Origin: the human T2T-CHM13v2.0 reference genome, Homo sapiens | Reading direction: 5' to 3' (one strand) | DNA: 64,000 nucleotides | NCBI RefSeq assembly: GCF_009914755.1 | Contig: NC_060947.1 | The notes under the pieces: generated by a model | Database searches by the model: none | What the model was told of the DNA's origin: nothing | Seen by the model: only the letters and a program-made list of their open reading frames with translations | Shown here: in pieces, positions 1-14,248 of the stretch | Layout: each line of letters starts with the position of its first letter | Numbering within the stretch: the first letter of the stretch is position 1 | Translations under genes and position numbers: made by a program

Positions 1-247
1 GGCTCAAAAGAAAAAATATATACATACATAAAGGTAAAACAAGCAGCCATTCTATCATTTCAGCCATCCAATGAATAGATTGACCATGAAAAAAATCAAC
101 TGAGCCAAAATGTTTGATCTGATGATCTAGAGCAGAAGGAGCAGAAGGATTTGACATTCGTGTGGCAATAAAAATTATTGTTATATTAATTGTGCTTACT
201 TCTCATTGTGAGGTTAATGTTTTGCTCTTCATTGCTAATTATAGATC

Positions 248-462
248 AGGGTCAGAAAACTTTTTCTGTAAAGGACCAGATAGTAAATAATTTAAGTTAT
301 TCAGGCCATCTGCTCTCTGTGACAACCTCTCAACTCTTCTGACATGCTGATGCAGCCATAGACAATATGTAAATTAATGGGTGTAGCCAATTGCCAATAA
401 AGTTTTATTTACAAAAACAGGTGGCAAGATGGATTCCGTCTGCTAACCATTGTTTGTCAACC
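248..462 (+). mobile_element. MER58-like hAT-Charlie MITE
   Basis: cagggtcagaaaacttttt...aaggaccagatagtaaata start and ...tttgtcaacctctg end. Confidence 0.7.
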
Positions 463-585
463 TCTGTTTTAGATCATTTCTTGTTCTTCTCTGTCAAACA
501 TCTAGGTTTTTTTACATACATACCATCAGAGGACACAACCCCCCACTCCTCCTTGTTGTGGTCATCAAGAAATGTCTGGTTATTA

Positions 586-703
586 CCGGGAGGCGGAGGT
601 TGCAATGAGCCGAGATCGCGCCACTGCACTCCAACCTGGGCGACAGAGCGTGACTCCGTCTCAAAAAAAAAAAGAAAAAAGAAAAAAAAGAAAAGAAAAG
701 AAA
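586..703 (+). mobile_element. 5'-truncated Alu with TSD
   Basis: Alu right-arm end plus A-tail; flanks aaatgtctggttatta / aaacgtcaggttatta. Confidence 0.9.
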
Positions 704-716
704 CGTCAGGTTATTA

Positions 717-1112
717 GATCCAACTATATTGTTGCAAATGACAGGATCTCAGTTTTTTATGGCTGAATAGTACTCCATTGTGCGTATGTACCACATTTTC
801 TTTATTCATTCATCTGTTGATGGACACTTAAGTTGCTTCCAAATATTGGCTATTATGAATGGTGCTGCAATATACATGGGAGTGCAGATATCTCTTCTAT
901 ATCCTGATTTCTTTTCTTTTGGGTTATATACCTCAGAATGAGATTGTTGGATCATATAGTAGCTCTAATTTTAGTTTTTTGGGAAACCTCCAAACTGTTC
1001 TCCATAGTGGTTACACTAATTTACATTCCTACCAGCAGTGTATGAGGGTTCCCTTTTCTCCACATCCTTGCCAGAAATTGTTATTGTCTGTCTTTTGGAT
1101 AAAAGCCATTTC
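717..1112 (-). mobile_element. L1 (L1M/L1PB-type) fragment
   Basis: Typical antisense L1 3' text (ggctgaatagtactccattg...ttacattcctaccagcagtg). Confidence 0.85.
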
Positions 1113-1129
1113 TATCTTCCTTTTAATCG

Positions 1130-1760
1130 TTGATGCTTGTCATTGTTCTTGACAACTTTTCCACTCATAGCGAAGACAATTCACCCTGCATCCTAGCGTC
1201 TCTGTCCCTTGAAGTCTTCACTTCCAATAATCTTCTCATCTACATCACTTAATCCACCCACTTTCTCTTAGAGTCTGCCATCTCCAATAACCAAACTACC
1301 TGTAAAATCTTGATTTCGAGCCTCTCACTAACCATCAAGCCCTCTCTCTCTCTCTAATTCACTCACTCTAGTACCCCAGACACCAATAGTTCTTTGACTC
1401 ACTGAGACCACTAGAACCTCCAGTCCATTGACCCTATCACTTTTTCACCATACACCATCCCTGCCCTCGCAAGTCCTCCTATCCCTCCTTGCACAGTTTA
1501 GACAGCAGTCATACTCTTGGATACTCCCCTTAACTCCATTGTTCCTCTTTCCCGGTTCTTTACCCAAGCTACAGCTGTACCTGAGCACTAAATATGGCTG
1601 GAGGAAAACAAGCATGACCACGGTGCTCAAGTGGGCACTCAACATACCTAACAAGCCTACCATGTTTATCTAGTAACGTTAACTTTCCCACTCTTGGAGA
1701 CAATTACTTTACATCTTTCTTATTCTCCAACCTCCAAAGTCACCTCCCTATAATCACTTT
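1130..1760 (+). mobile_element. L2 fragment (old)
   Basis: C/T-rich L2 ORF2-like sequence, e.g. atggctggaggaaaa. Confidence 0.5.
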
Positions 1761-3884
1761 TTCTGTTTTGTTGGCGAATAGAAATTATCCAAGCTTGTAT
1801 TTCCCTGGGCTCAGGAACATTTGTGCTGCAGAGTTGAAGGTTATGGTTCCCCAGAGGCAGGTGCCTTCTGTGATGAGTGCCCACTTTCTTGGCTTGCATC
1901 TCTGAAACTCACTGAGGGAATTATGCTAGATTTTCCCAGGATTAGAAGACAGAGAGCACTTGGAGACCTAGGGTAGAGTTTGCTAACATGGAGAGACTTT
2001 AATTCTCCAAGACTAAAGGGGATCTGGGGTTTGGGAATGGGTCCCAGAAGCTGGTGCTCATGTCCTCTTCCCACATAACAGCTTGTGTTGGAGAGGTGGC
2101 ACAGCATTAAGAGGGAGTGGCTACAGGGTCTCTGTAGGAAGGCTGGGTCTCAGGCACTAGGGCTCCCAGCCCCAGCCTGAGCATTATGTTACATGGTTGC
2201 CTCGGAGCCTCCTGCCTCCAAAGAACCACATGGGCCTAGACTACAAACATCATTAGCGGCCACCTGGACCTAAGACCAAAGGGCCCTTCTTGTATGTTCT
2301 GGGCAACACAAACCCGTGATATCTCTGCTTAACCCTTCAGTGGAGCCCATATTGTGACTAATGTTGAATTTCCAGCCAGGCTGATGGTGGTTAAGAATCA
2401 ATTAAATTCTCTTTAGAGAACTAAAAAGGACATTCTTTAAACCTTATGTTGAAAAATAAAATGCAGACCCGCTACATTTGATTCTGTACAATGCAACTCA
2501 GAGGAATAAATTTCTACCACTGGCTTTCTGAAGCACATCCTTAAGCGAAATGCACAAAATGTGAATTGAATGAAAATCAAGGTGATACTATACTATCCCC
2601 AGTTTTCATGGTCATAGCTCAACATTTACAATGTAAATACTTAGGCTTCCAAGTATGATACAACAGAGGTGTCTTCTTGAATGAATGACACATCAACACT
2701 TAGAATATCACATTAAAATTCCCACACAGACCTGTAGAACCATCTGATTTTTACTGTACTAAAAAAACCCCAAGCTTTTCAAAAGGGCATTGAAAGTTAG
2801 AAAATCTCATATCTTCAGGAATGAGCAAAGAGGCCTTAGGTGGGAAAGGAAGTGAGCAGAAATCAATTTTACTTGCTTCGGTCTCACAATGGATTTTGCA
2901 AAGTAAAGGGTAGAAAATCAATCTTGTCAAATCAGTGAGAATTTATACACTTGAAGGAGTCAAAAGGTCTTGGAGGGTATATTAGGTAGTAACACATTCT
3001 TCTTTATCACATCATAGAGGTGATAGCATGAAGATTGAACCCTTTTCTGTACTGAGAGGACCCTGCCAAGGATTTTGGCCTTGTTTCTCATCCAGAAGAG
3101 CCCAAGGCAGAACCAATCCTGAGACTGACTTCCTTAGTTCCCCAGTCCAAACACCCTGAAGGGAAGGATGGATCAAGACATAGGAAGCCCTAGCTGTTCC
3201 TGTTCTTTACTCACAAAAACAAACAAACAAACAAAACCTCCAGGTTACATCTAACAGAAAGCCCCCCTGCCCTGCCTCTGGAAGTGCACGCCTTTGGAAT
3301 TTGCAGGCACCTCAGCCATATGATAAGATTGGTCTGTGGTCATGAAGTAAGTCTATTTCACAATGAGTAGGAGCTGGTCACTCCCAGTGACACCACCGTG
3401 GAATGAGACAAGAAACCAGAGTGTGGGAGGTGGGCCTTGAACAGAAGGGAGGCTCGTTTTCTCTCTGGGCTTCACTCTCCAGGATGTGGAGGAAACATCA
3501 CAGATAAGTGAAGTCAGGAGAGGTAAGGCACCAATGTCCTCTATCCCAGGGATGTTGGCCAAAAGCTAGGCCAGGAGGTGAACCTGTAGCAAACTCAGCT
3601 TCCCTCTTCGTTTCCACAAACTTTAATGAAGCCTCTTGTAAAACATCTGCTTACTTGGAACTTTCTTGCTTAGATTTATAGAAGAGTCATGAAGGCCAGC
3701 AGAAGAGAGAACAGCACTCCCCCACCACACCACACCCGCTAGGTGAGCACGCCAGTGGCCCTGTACTTAGTGAAAAGGCCCCAAAGGGAAGCGTCAAGGC
3801 TGAGAAGTCCCACTTCCTGGCCCCACCTGGACTTTTCATTCATCACACTGCCAAACTTGATGATGTAGGCTTGATGTGATTAAA

Positions 3885-4080
3885 GGAAACTGACAGAAGC
3901 GTATGACCTTGGGGAAGTTGCTTGACCTCTCTAAGCCTCAGTTTCCGTAGCTGTAAAATGGATATAATAACAGCACCTATATAATAGAATTATTATAAGT
4001 ATTAAATGAGTTGATGTTTGTGAAATTCTTAGGGCCATGCCTGGCATGGAGTAAACACTGTATGCATGTTGGATGGAATA
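3885..4080 (+). mobile_element. MIR
   Basis: tgaccttggggaagttgcttgacctctctaagcctcagtttcc...ctgtaaaatgg core. Confidence 0.8.
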
Positions 4081-4148
4081 AAAATAATCATTATGCAGGG
4101 CAGGTGGGGGGGCGGGGGAGGGGGGCACAAAAAAAAAAGAAATAATCA

Positions 4149-4460
<312 letters not shown>

Positions 4461-4519
4461 TTATGTATTGTACTTCAGATAAATCAACACAGAACTGATG
4501 GCTATTAGGTATTAACAGG

Positions 4520-5135
4520 TTTGGTGGGCAGAATTCTAAGATGCCCCCAAGATTCTAAGCCTCTGGTGTACATACTTCTTTTGCCAGTTATTCAATCAAA
4601 CACTATCCTGGGTGGTGCTTTGAAGTGATTTTGAAGATACAATTAAGGTCCCAAATTACAGGGTGGGCCTGTCCTAATCAGGTGAGCCCTTTAGAAGCAG
4701 AGCTCTTGCCGCCAGCCAGCTGGTCACAAGGTAGGAAGTCAGGGAGATGCACTCCACCTGGCCTGGAAGAAAGTGCACATCGACATCAAGAATATCCTGT
4801 GGAAAGGGTCACATGTCAAAAAACTGTCGCTGGTCTTCAGACGATGAGAGCAATCTCGGCTGACAACTAGCAGGAAAAGAGAGACCTCAGCCTACAATTG
4901 CAAGGAACTGAATTCTGCCAACAACCAATGAGCTCAGAAGACCTCTGAGCCCCAGATGAAAACCATTGCCCTAGCCAACACCTTGATTGCAGCCATGTGA
5001 GACCCCCAAAGCCGAGAATGCAGCCACCCCATCCCTGAAATTCTGACCTACAGAAATTACGAGACAATCAATTGGTGTTATTTTAAGCCACTTAAGTTTG
5101 TGATCATTTGTTACACGCAATAGAAAACCATTACA
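4520..5135 (+). mobile_element. MLT1 (MaLR) LTR
   Basis: gggcagaattctaagatg...ttttaagccacttaagtttgtgatcatttgttacacgcaatagaaaac. Confidence 0.8.
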
Positions 5136-5594
5136 GAGGAAAGAAAAGAAATACACAATTAGGAAATAAGCAGCCAATTTTGTCCAAAGCCCAGGAAGCT
5201 TCTCCTCCACCCTCCCACATTACAGGGAAAGACTTTGTCACTAAGTCATTCCAAAATAATACCAGTTCAGAAAAAAGTTCATTTGCCATGTTAGCTTTGG
5301 TCTTATGGGAAGGGGTCGTCATTCTGTGCTCACCAGCATCACTGGCAGAACAAGGCTGACCCATTTGCCTCAGGAGGCAGCAAGTTTGGGACCTCCCAGG
5401 CTGGTTCATGTGATAAGGGAAAGGGCTCTGTGATGTCCAGGCCTAAACCTGGCACAGCCTCCCGGTATCACACTGGGACCTCTGACCTACAGACTGGGCT
5501 CCACCTCCTTTCCCAGACCTACCAGGAAATTAAGCAGGGTGTTTTTAGGACCCAGTGACCAGTACTCTGGGATTCATTGAAGAAAAGAGAAGGT

Positions 5595-5795
5595 GGAGTG
5601 TGTACTGATTAACAGCCCTGGCTTGGGCATTAAACTCCGGCTTCACCACCTACTGACTTTGTTAAGTTCCTTAACCCCTCTGCACCCCCATCCATAAAAT
5701 CGGGATAAGAACTGTGAGGGTTTGAGGGAAGGTTTATAAATCACTAATGCATCATGCCTAGCTTTCAGCAAGCCATCTAGAATGGGAGCTATTAT
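5595..5795 (+). mobile_element. MIR
   Basis: Degenerate MIR core. Confidence 0.55.
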
Positions 5796-7173
5796 TCAGT
5801 TGGTTTTGATGCTGGCTTGGTCTGAGGCTGAAGCCCTAATGCTGGGCTTTTATCATATTATGAAGGCTGAAACCTCATGCTCCAGAGTAGACAGCTGAGC
5901 CCATCTTAGACCCTCATTTCTGAGACCCTAATGTCTGCTTAATGGCTGGCCACTGCGACCTGGTACACGGAGTATCAGCCCATGTCAATTAGCCCCATTA
6001 TAAACCCTGAAGAAATAAGCCATCCTTTCCTGGTCCCTTCCTCTTGCCTTCCTCTTTCATTGTAACATGAATTGTGCTAGCAATGGGCACCAAGTAGCCA
6101 GCATGTGTACTGAATAAAAGCAAGGAATATGTAGTACAATGACAATGAGATTGGTTGACAATAAATATGTGTCGTTTGCAATCTAAAAACAGACAAAATG
6201 ATCATTTAAAAAAGATGGGTTCATGAGTTTATGTCCATCATTCATAAAGGTAAGGTCTATTCAATGCCACTTAACCAGCTTTGATGATAGAATTTATGAG
6301 GTTGTACCAGGTTGGAATGATAAAGCACTCAAAGGTATATGCCACTTATAAATATAACCACATCTAGACTCATAACAGATTATTTAAATATAATATTCTT
6401 TTTGAGCATGGCTAAGTGAGGTCATTTGAAATTTTCCTAAATTGCTATGAGTGAAGTGGTAACGGTATTTTTCCCATCTGTAGGGATGACCATCTATTAT
6501 ATGGACTTGCAAATTGATTAACTGCCTGGACTATCTAAGAAGAAAAAAATGCTGTTCTAATAATTGTTACAGTTCTGGGTTAAACTCGGTGGATTTGACT
6601 GAAGGAAGATTAACATAAGCAAGGGTCTGATACATTTTATATGAGAAACCATGCTATTTTCTAAACTGGTGCTTTCAGAAAGAAAACCATAGCAAAACGT
6701 CTACAGCTCCTCACCCCTTAGCGGATGACTCTGACCAGAGCGTAACATCCAAGAAATCAAGTATCTTTACCTGTCACATTCCTTACCACCCTGGTGCCTA
6801 GAATAGTGCCTGATAAAGACATGGGAATTCATCACATATTTTCTAAGTAAATGAACTAAATGAATTACCTAGTGGCAGGATGTTGATGTTAATTAACGGC
6901 GTAAATCCTAAGCAGTACATGTAAATATGATCAGATCAATTTTTTTAAAAGTAGGAGGTAAAGTTCTGTTAAAAAGAAGTAGGAGAGGTAACGTTCTGTA
7001 AAGTCACATTTGAATTATTGTATACATAGGAAAAGAAGGAAACCCGGTGTCAGTGGAATCTATCACTACAAAGTTTTCATTCTTGAATGGAAATTTCCAG
7101 AGCTTATGTTGTAAACCATTTTATGATGGGTCATTTATGAGGAGCAAACCTTTCGCTTAAGTGACTGTGACAA

Positions 7174-7189
7174 CAGTGCCATCTGCTGG
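7174..7189 (-). promoter_or_regulatory. CTCF-like motif CCAGCAGATGGCACTG
   Basis: Close match to the CTCF core consensus CCASYAGRKGGCRS in unique sequence 3' of ASB9. Confidence 0.55.
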
Positions 7190-7484
7190 GAAACTAGCTG
7201 TGCATTTTAGACTAATATTCTGGAGTCTTTCATATAGCAAATTAAAAATTACAGAAAAATTATATTGGAAATAGATTTAGAGATCATCTAGACCATATGT
7301 AATCTTACAGGTAAGGATTTGACTTAAGGAGTTACAATTTTCTTTCGATTGATGCAATGGAGCCCCAAATTCATCTCTCAGAGAGATAACTGAAACTACA
7401 GCCATCATTACTAAATTATACCAGTGTTCCTGTAAATCTGAAACTGAAAGGCAGTTAAAAATCCATTCCTCGAGCCTCCAAAGA

Positions 7485-7915
7485 GCACAGTCCAATAGAA
7501 ATCTGTTCAATGGGGCAATGGAACTTTCTTCTGCAATAATCTGTACCTGCACTGTTCAATACAGTAGCCACTAGCCATTTGTGCATATTTTATACCTGAA
7601 ATGTGGCTAATGACACTGAGAAACTGGATTTTTAATTTTACCTAATTTTAATTAATTTACACTTCTAAATAGGCACATGGCTACAGCAGGGTTTCTCAAC
7701 CTGGGCACTACAGTATTAACAGTTTGGACTGGAAAGTTCTTTGCGGTGGGGCTGTCCTGTACATTGTAAGAGGCTTTGCAGCATTCCAGACCTCTACCCA
7801 CTACATGCCTGTAGCACCCCTCCTCAGTTGTCACAAACAAAATGTCTCCAGTTATTGTTAAACATCACTGGGTAACAAAATTAACCCCAGTGGAGAACCA
7901 CTGAACTAGTTGCTA
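7485..7915. mobile_element. MER3-like element followed by or interrupted by MER20
   Basis: gtagccactagcc...aaatgtggct; cagggtttctcaacctgggcact...gagaaccactg. Confidence 0.7.
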
Positions 7916-8070
7916 CTGTATTAAGCAGCAAGGTTCTAGAATATGCTTAATATGTATAGTGTTTTGGTTGAAAAAAAGAACTGGCGCCCACACTATGCTA
8001 GGACAGTAGTGGTTTTGTTGTAACAACAGGGAAGCTTAAAACAAATTAGACAAGCCAAGAAATATGTTTC

Positions 8071-8076
8071 TTTATT
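8071..8076 (-). terminator. ASB9: Probable ASB9 polyadenylation signal AATAAA
   Basis: tttatt on + strand ~490 nt past the stop, followed on the minus strand by GT/T-rich sequence. Confidence 0.65.
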
Positions 8077-8564
8077 TTCATTCCCATATAGCAGAGATGG
8101 AACCAGGACAGTGATGCTGGAAAAGCCTGCCTCGATCAAGTCATCACATAAGTTAATGTCAGAAAACCTGTATTTGAATTTGACTCCTCTATCCTTACTC
8201 TGGAAAATTGGACATCTTGACCCAGTGGCTGTGAGGGCTAAATTAGATGATGCAGAAAGTGCTTGGCATGCAGTAGATATGCAAAACAATAACTTATGAC
8301 ACTCTCCAAGCAGGGAAAAAAGTCTTCATGCCTTCTAACTAATAATACAAACGTATGCAGTGTCTTTCCACCCTGGCTTGAGTTTAACAAATACAAATTG
8401 AATAGAAAAAATTAGTCAAACTCCATAAACAAGTTTATAACAAATACAAATCTAATCGAAAAAACTAGTCAAACTCTATAAATCCAACTTGATTTTAAAA
8501 TTCTAGTGGCTACAACACTCAATAATGTTTTCACATCGTTTGTGAATCCATTCCCTAGATGCAT

Positions 8565-8689
8565 TTAAAGATGTAGGAGAAACTGTTTCAGATCCTCTGG
8601 GAGGACGAGTTTGGTTATCTTATGATGCTGCTGGATTCCAAAACACTTCCGAATTCTAAGGCGGCATAACTGCATCAAAGAAGGGGGCC
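8565..8689 (-). CDS. ASB9: ASB9 last coding exon, SOCS box (GPPSLMQLCRLRIRKCFG...LPEDLKQFLLHL*)
   Basis: BC-box SLMQLCR and LPxxL Cul5-box; TAA at 8567-8565; the seven exons sum to 885 nt in frame. Confidence 0.97.
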
Positions 8690-9270
8690 CTGGAGAAAGA
8701 TCATAAGACAAGTCATACAATGGTGCTATTGATCTAAGACTCCTTTTTTTGGAAAAAAAAAAAAGCATCCAAGATAGAACATTGTTATAAGGAAATAATA
8801 TTGAACTATTTAAGACCATTTTCTGGGGTTTTTTTGTAGAAGGCATTTTTAGGCTATGTTCTCTCTTTTCCGGTAGCTAATTGAAATAAGCTTGTTAGGT
8901 TTTTAATTTAGAACAGAGTGAAAGAAATTTAAAGCTTAGCCTCACTAATGGAGGCTTAAATAAGCTAACTTGGGAATTACACAGCTATACAAAAATTCCA
9001 ATAATACAAATAAAATTTATGTTTAATGGTGTTCTTTTATCTTTAAAAATAAGGGCATATTTCTAGATGCAAACATTTTTATTTTATAACTTGAGCAAAT
9101 TAAGGTACTCAAAAATAATGAGCTCACAGTGAATCCTAAGAGTATGTGAAGTCGTGTTTGTTTTTACATCCTGTATTCAGAGCTATTCCAATGCTTCAAT
9201 TCACAAGTGAAAAGTGAACTAGCTAGCACAAACCTTGCTTAGGGAACACCCAACAGTTTACATTTTAGGA

Positions 9271-9500
9271 CAGTGGTTCACAACTGGGAGGAGGCTCAGG
9301 GAAGGAAAGGAGGAGGAGATCATTTTGCTCCTCAGGGGACATTTGGCAGTGTCTGGAGACATTTTTGGTTGCCAAAACTTGAGGAAGGGTGCTACTGGCA
9401 TCTAATGGGAGAGGCCAAGGATGCTTCTAAACATCCCAGAGTACACAGGACAGCCCCCAACTGATTCAAAATGTCAATAGCGTCAAGGTTGAGAAACTGT
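9271..9500. mobile_element. MER20
   Basis: ggggacatttggcagtgtctggagacatttttggttg. Confidence 0.8.
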
Positions 9501-10531
9501 TATAGGGCAAAAGGATGGGGAATGATTTTCCCTGCCCCCCTACCCCTGTTCCTGCATCAAATTGTAATGGGAATCTTCTTTTGGTTATTTTTTAAAAAGC
9601 AAAACTATATACCCTCAAGAACTCCATAAAGCCGTAGCCCTCAATCCAGGTAGCACTTCAGACTCACCTGGGGTGGGGGTACATTCAACTACATGGACGC
9701 TGAGTCCCCCCAACCAGGGATGTTGCTTCAATTATTGTTGGGTGAAGCCCAAGCATCTGGATTTTCTAAAGGCATGTGCCCGAGGTCATCTGAGTGTGCG
9801 GTCAGGGTTGTGAATACATCCAAAAGGATACTGTGGTCTCTATTTTCCTATAGCAATACCACCAACTACAGGATCAACCGAGTTAACTTATCTCTCAAGG
9901 TGATGCAGAACAAGGAGAGATGGAACTCGACACATATACAATCAAAAAAATACTTGCAGTATTTTAAACCAGGCCCTAACAGAAGGGCCCTGTTGGAGTA
10001 AGGCACCTATGAGATGATGCCCAGTATACTCAAAGCATTTAAAAATGAACGGCTTCCCAGTGTTCTCAAGGCACATATTAACGAGCAGCAAAAAGCACAC
10101 TGTGGGGAAACTGAACCTAATCTAACCTCACTAAGGAATGTTGAAACATGTGACTGATCATCTGTGCTAGAAACGCTGTCAGAGGCAACCGTAGGAGGTA
10201 CTGATAAAGCATTACAAATAACAAGATCTCAGAGCAGGCCTGATAGAGAATTAAGAAAAGTGGGATGTCACAGGAAACTCAGTGTATTAATAACTACTGA
10301 TGCCAACTGAATGCTGCTGTTTACTACAAGTAAGACAATGTAAAACAACTGTAGCTTCAAGTCCATAGACACAGAGCTGAAAACCCACTACAGATTTGCA
10401 GTCACTTGCTGGCACCTGCAAATATTCAAGGGGTTTGCTTTGCTCGGTAATAAAACCAGCTAATTGTGTATTTATGAATTGGCATATTCCTTTGGGCCTT
10501 GATTTCTTTTTTCCCCCAGCAACAACCATTG

Positions 10532-10835
<304 letters not shown>

Positions 10836-12801
10836 AGCAACAACCATTGATGTTTTAAAGCCAAAGTGCACTGGGTGAGGGGGGATGGGGGCTGCGGTCA
10901 TGTTGGGCTGACAGTCATTTCTAGGTTTTAATTGAGCAAACACTGCTTTAGATGCTTATCAAGGGTGAGGTGGCAATATTCTTAAAATCTTTTCCCTTTT
11001 CTCAGAAAACGGGAAAATCTTACCTTTCCTAACACCCACGCAAAGCCCAATTCAGAACATGGTTGGGTTTTACCAACATTCTCCTGTTGCCATACCATTG
11101 AAAGAGGACAGTAATTGAATAAATTCCCTTCCCCAGGAAACGGAGAAACAGGTGGACTGAAGCAAATGAATGTAGGGGCACCCAGAGACAGAAACTGCTG
11201 TGAGCAATCCACAGGTCTAGTTTTCTGCACTTTCCTGACCCCATTTCTTGTGGGCTCCGAGCCCTCTGAGAGGTGACTACACCAAAACCCCAAAATTGAC
11301 TCATGGAGGCAAAACAAGTAGTGATTCTCTCCAGCAGCAAATGACACCTCATAAACTAGTGGGACCATAGGCCACACTGTCACCGTGCAAAACATAAATT
11401 CAAAATTAAAGTAATTACTGTCTCTAGGAATGGCTTTGGGAAATAAAGCAGAAGGGAAAAGCCAGGGGAGGCAATTTGAGAATGCTATGAGGTTGTTTGA
11501 TGGAGGAGGGGACATATACATCCTACATTAACGTATGCCCTACGTTATGACTGAGGGGGACCTGAGGCACTTTTGCCTTTATGAATCCCTTTCTCAGTGA
11601 AAACAATTAAAAATTCTATTTCACAACTGTGTTGGTATAAAGATGATTACAATCCATGTTGTTCTATTCATTTTTTATTCTGATTGTTTAAAAATTAAGA
11701 TATTTTTATGGGCCTCGTAGACATAGAACTTTTTCAAAACAAGTAATTATTAAAATGCAGATAGAACTGCTCCATGATTATCCCACTGCTTAACTGTAAG
11801 GGGCCTCTACTGGACTGTTCCTTGTCCAGGCCTGGAGTCAATCTTTTCTGCCTGACCAGCACTGCTCAGGAGCATAGGCCTTGTTTGGCATGCCCCCAGG
11901 CAGGGACTTGACTGCAAGTACCCTGGGGCAGTGAGAGTAGGAGGAAGAAGGATTCCTTAGCCCACTTTACAGTTCTGCCCAAAGCCAACCTTACTGCTCA
12001 TCATGTGGGGAGAAAATAACTAGATTGTATAACATCAGAATCCTTCTGGTAGGAAGGCCTGCTTCAAAGTCCCAGAATCCCTAAGACTTCAGAGTCCATA
12101 CTCCGGTAAGAAAAGAAGTACTGAGCTGGTTTCTCAACTGCCTCTGAGCCCATGAAGATTGCAAGAGGTGGCTCCCCAACTTGAGGTGTCTTTGTTCCCC
12201 AGCCCAGCCCAGGCCTCAAAGCCCTACTTCCATACACACTGCTCAACCACAATATTTCATTGTTCGAGTTGGGAGTCTCAGTTCTTACTTATAGAGAAGT
12301 GTGGACTTATCATTGGTTAATTTATAATAGTAAATATCTTTGGATTGGTGTGAACCTAAACTCTTAAACAGCTGCATTTTAAGCCCAGAAACGAAGTGTC
12401 CAGTAGTCTGGCCCATCTGTGGTTCAACAAGATATCCTGCGGCCTCTTACAACCCCAAAGAGGACTCTGCTGCCTCATTCTAAAGCATGTTTTAAATAAA
12501 TGTAATACTAAAATTTTAAAACAGTATCTTAATTTTTAAAAAACTGGCCTACCCCATAATGAATATTAGATCATCCCAAAAACCTGTATCCAATATGCTA
12601 AATAGCAGGACAGTTATTTACTGTACTGTGACCAGTACTGTATCTCAATGAATATTGAATTATCTCAACTTCCCAGATTTGGTGATGTCAGAGAATGATC
12701 TTTTTATAGGAATGGGAGCCAGAAATTGCCAAATACCTGCCTTCTACTAGAGCCCCAAGGGATGTCAACAGATTAGGGCTTAGGTTTTGGCAAAGAAGCA
12801 C

Positions 12802-12993
12802 CTTCTCTCTCCAAGAAGAGCTGGGCCAAGGGGCTCTCTGGAGGCACCAGCTCCACAGGACGTTTGCCTTCAGCATTCTTGGCCTGGGTGTCCGCTCCAA
12901 AATCCATGAGCAGGCAGGCCAGCTCTTCACTGGCTGTCCTGGCCACTGCATGAAGTGGGGAATCCTGACCTTTCCCTTGGTTCACGTCCGCTC
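12802..12993 (-). CDS. ASB9: ASB9 coding exon 6 (192 nt; GADVNQGKGQDSPLH...LFLERE)
   Basis: Within ORF 12773..13027; tag acceptor; weak donor G|gtgctt at 12801. Confidence 0.95.
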
Positions 12994-14248
12994 CTAAACA
13001 GTCACGAGAACAAAAAAGAGTCAGCAAGGAGCAGAATCCAACGATCGGGGCTTTTCAAAGCCCCGAGCCCCAAAATTTCCTAACAAGAGGGGATCCATAT
13101 TGAGCACAGCAATCCTGGAAAAATGGGAGATGATGTGATTCCATTTAATAATGTGGGGAAAATCCCACCTGATAATGTTATTGAATGTACAGCATGAGGA
13201 ATATAGCATAGAAAGTTAAAAATTTGCCTTTCAGCACTGTACATAGATAGGCATGATGCATATAAGAAAAATCCTAGTGACATAAAAGCTCCACATTATT
13301 ATTAATGGAACCTAAGTGTTAGCCAGTACAGCCTGACGGAGAGACTAGATGGTGAAATCCAGCCTACACCAAGCAGCCAAACTCACCTGGTGTGCAGCTG
13401 CCACAGGGTGTAAAACTGGACACTTGGGACTGGTGATTTGGACTTTGAAAAGCAACCAACCAACTCATGGGGGTATCCCCTGGATTGGACTGGCCAATCC
13501 CAAGATCACAGGGAAGGTGGCAAAGTTCTCCCTTTCAGGAGTAAGGTGGATTTCTAGGACTGTCCCCACCCAATTCCACTCTTACACTCTTAACAAATCC
13601 CCACCCCAGCCCAGAGCCTAGCTTTCACTGTGACATGTGGGAACATGTGGCTTTGCCTGAGCTGCCATCCCTCTGGTAAAATGAAAATCTATGTCCACTC
13701 AACAAATGTTAACTGATCTGGTCTTGTATTGTTCCTGACTTTGTGAGGGATATCAAACATGGCCCTTTCCAGGCTAGAGGCTTAAAATCTGCCCAGAGTG
13801 GCAGAGGTGGGGTGGGCAGTGGGGGAGAGACAGAGATTGCATCTCTTAATTCATAGCAATGCCTGCCAGATGAGTAGGAGGCAATAAGGACTGCAACAAC
13901 ATTCATTGGGAAACAGATTACTGAAGCCTTAAAGAATAAATAGGACTCAGATAATTAAAGAGGTGATGAAATGGTGTTCCAGGTGTTGAGAAGGGGGCTG
14001 GACAACAGCAGGGAGGTGAAAAGAAATAAGGGTACATAGGCCTTTTCAAGGAAAATATAATATTTGCAATGGGGCAAGTTCAATATCTAATCAAAGAGAA
14101 CTGGTTAAGGTCCCAAATAGGAAGATTCAACACTAATCCAACAGCTTTGCAAGTTATGCAGGGCTTAATAATGTGACTGGCCAAATGGAGGGAGACAGAG
14201 GAAAGGGAGGAGAAACTAATAATCATTGAGGACCACCCTGAGAAGAGG

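Noticed and set aside
4098-4125. G-run with G-quadruplex potential
   Set aside because: Isolated low-complexity tract at a MIR/Alu junction; no functional context
10982-11521. Longest ORF in the track (179 aa) inside the ASB9 last intron
   Set aside because: No recognisable domain; composition looks like non-coding sequence; no splice-phase link that I could support
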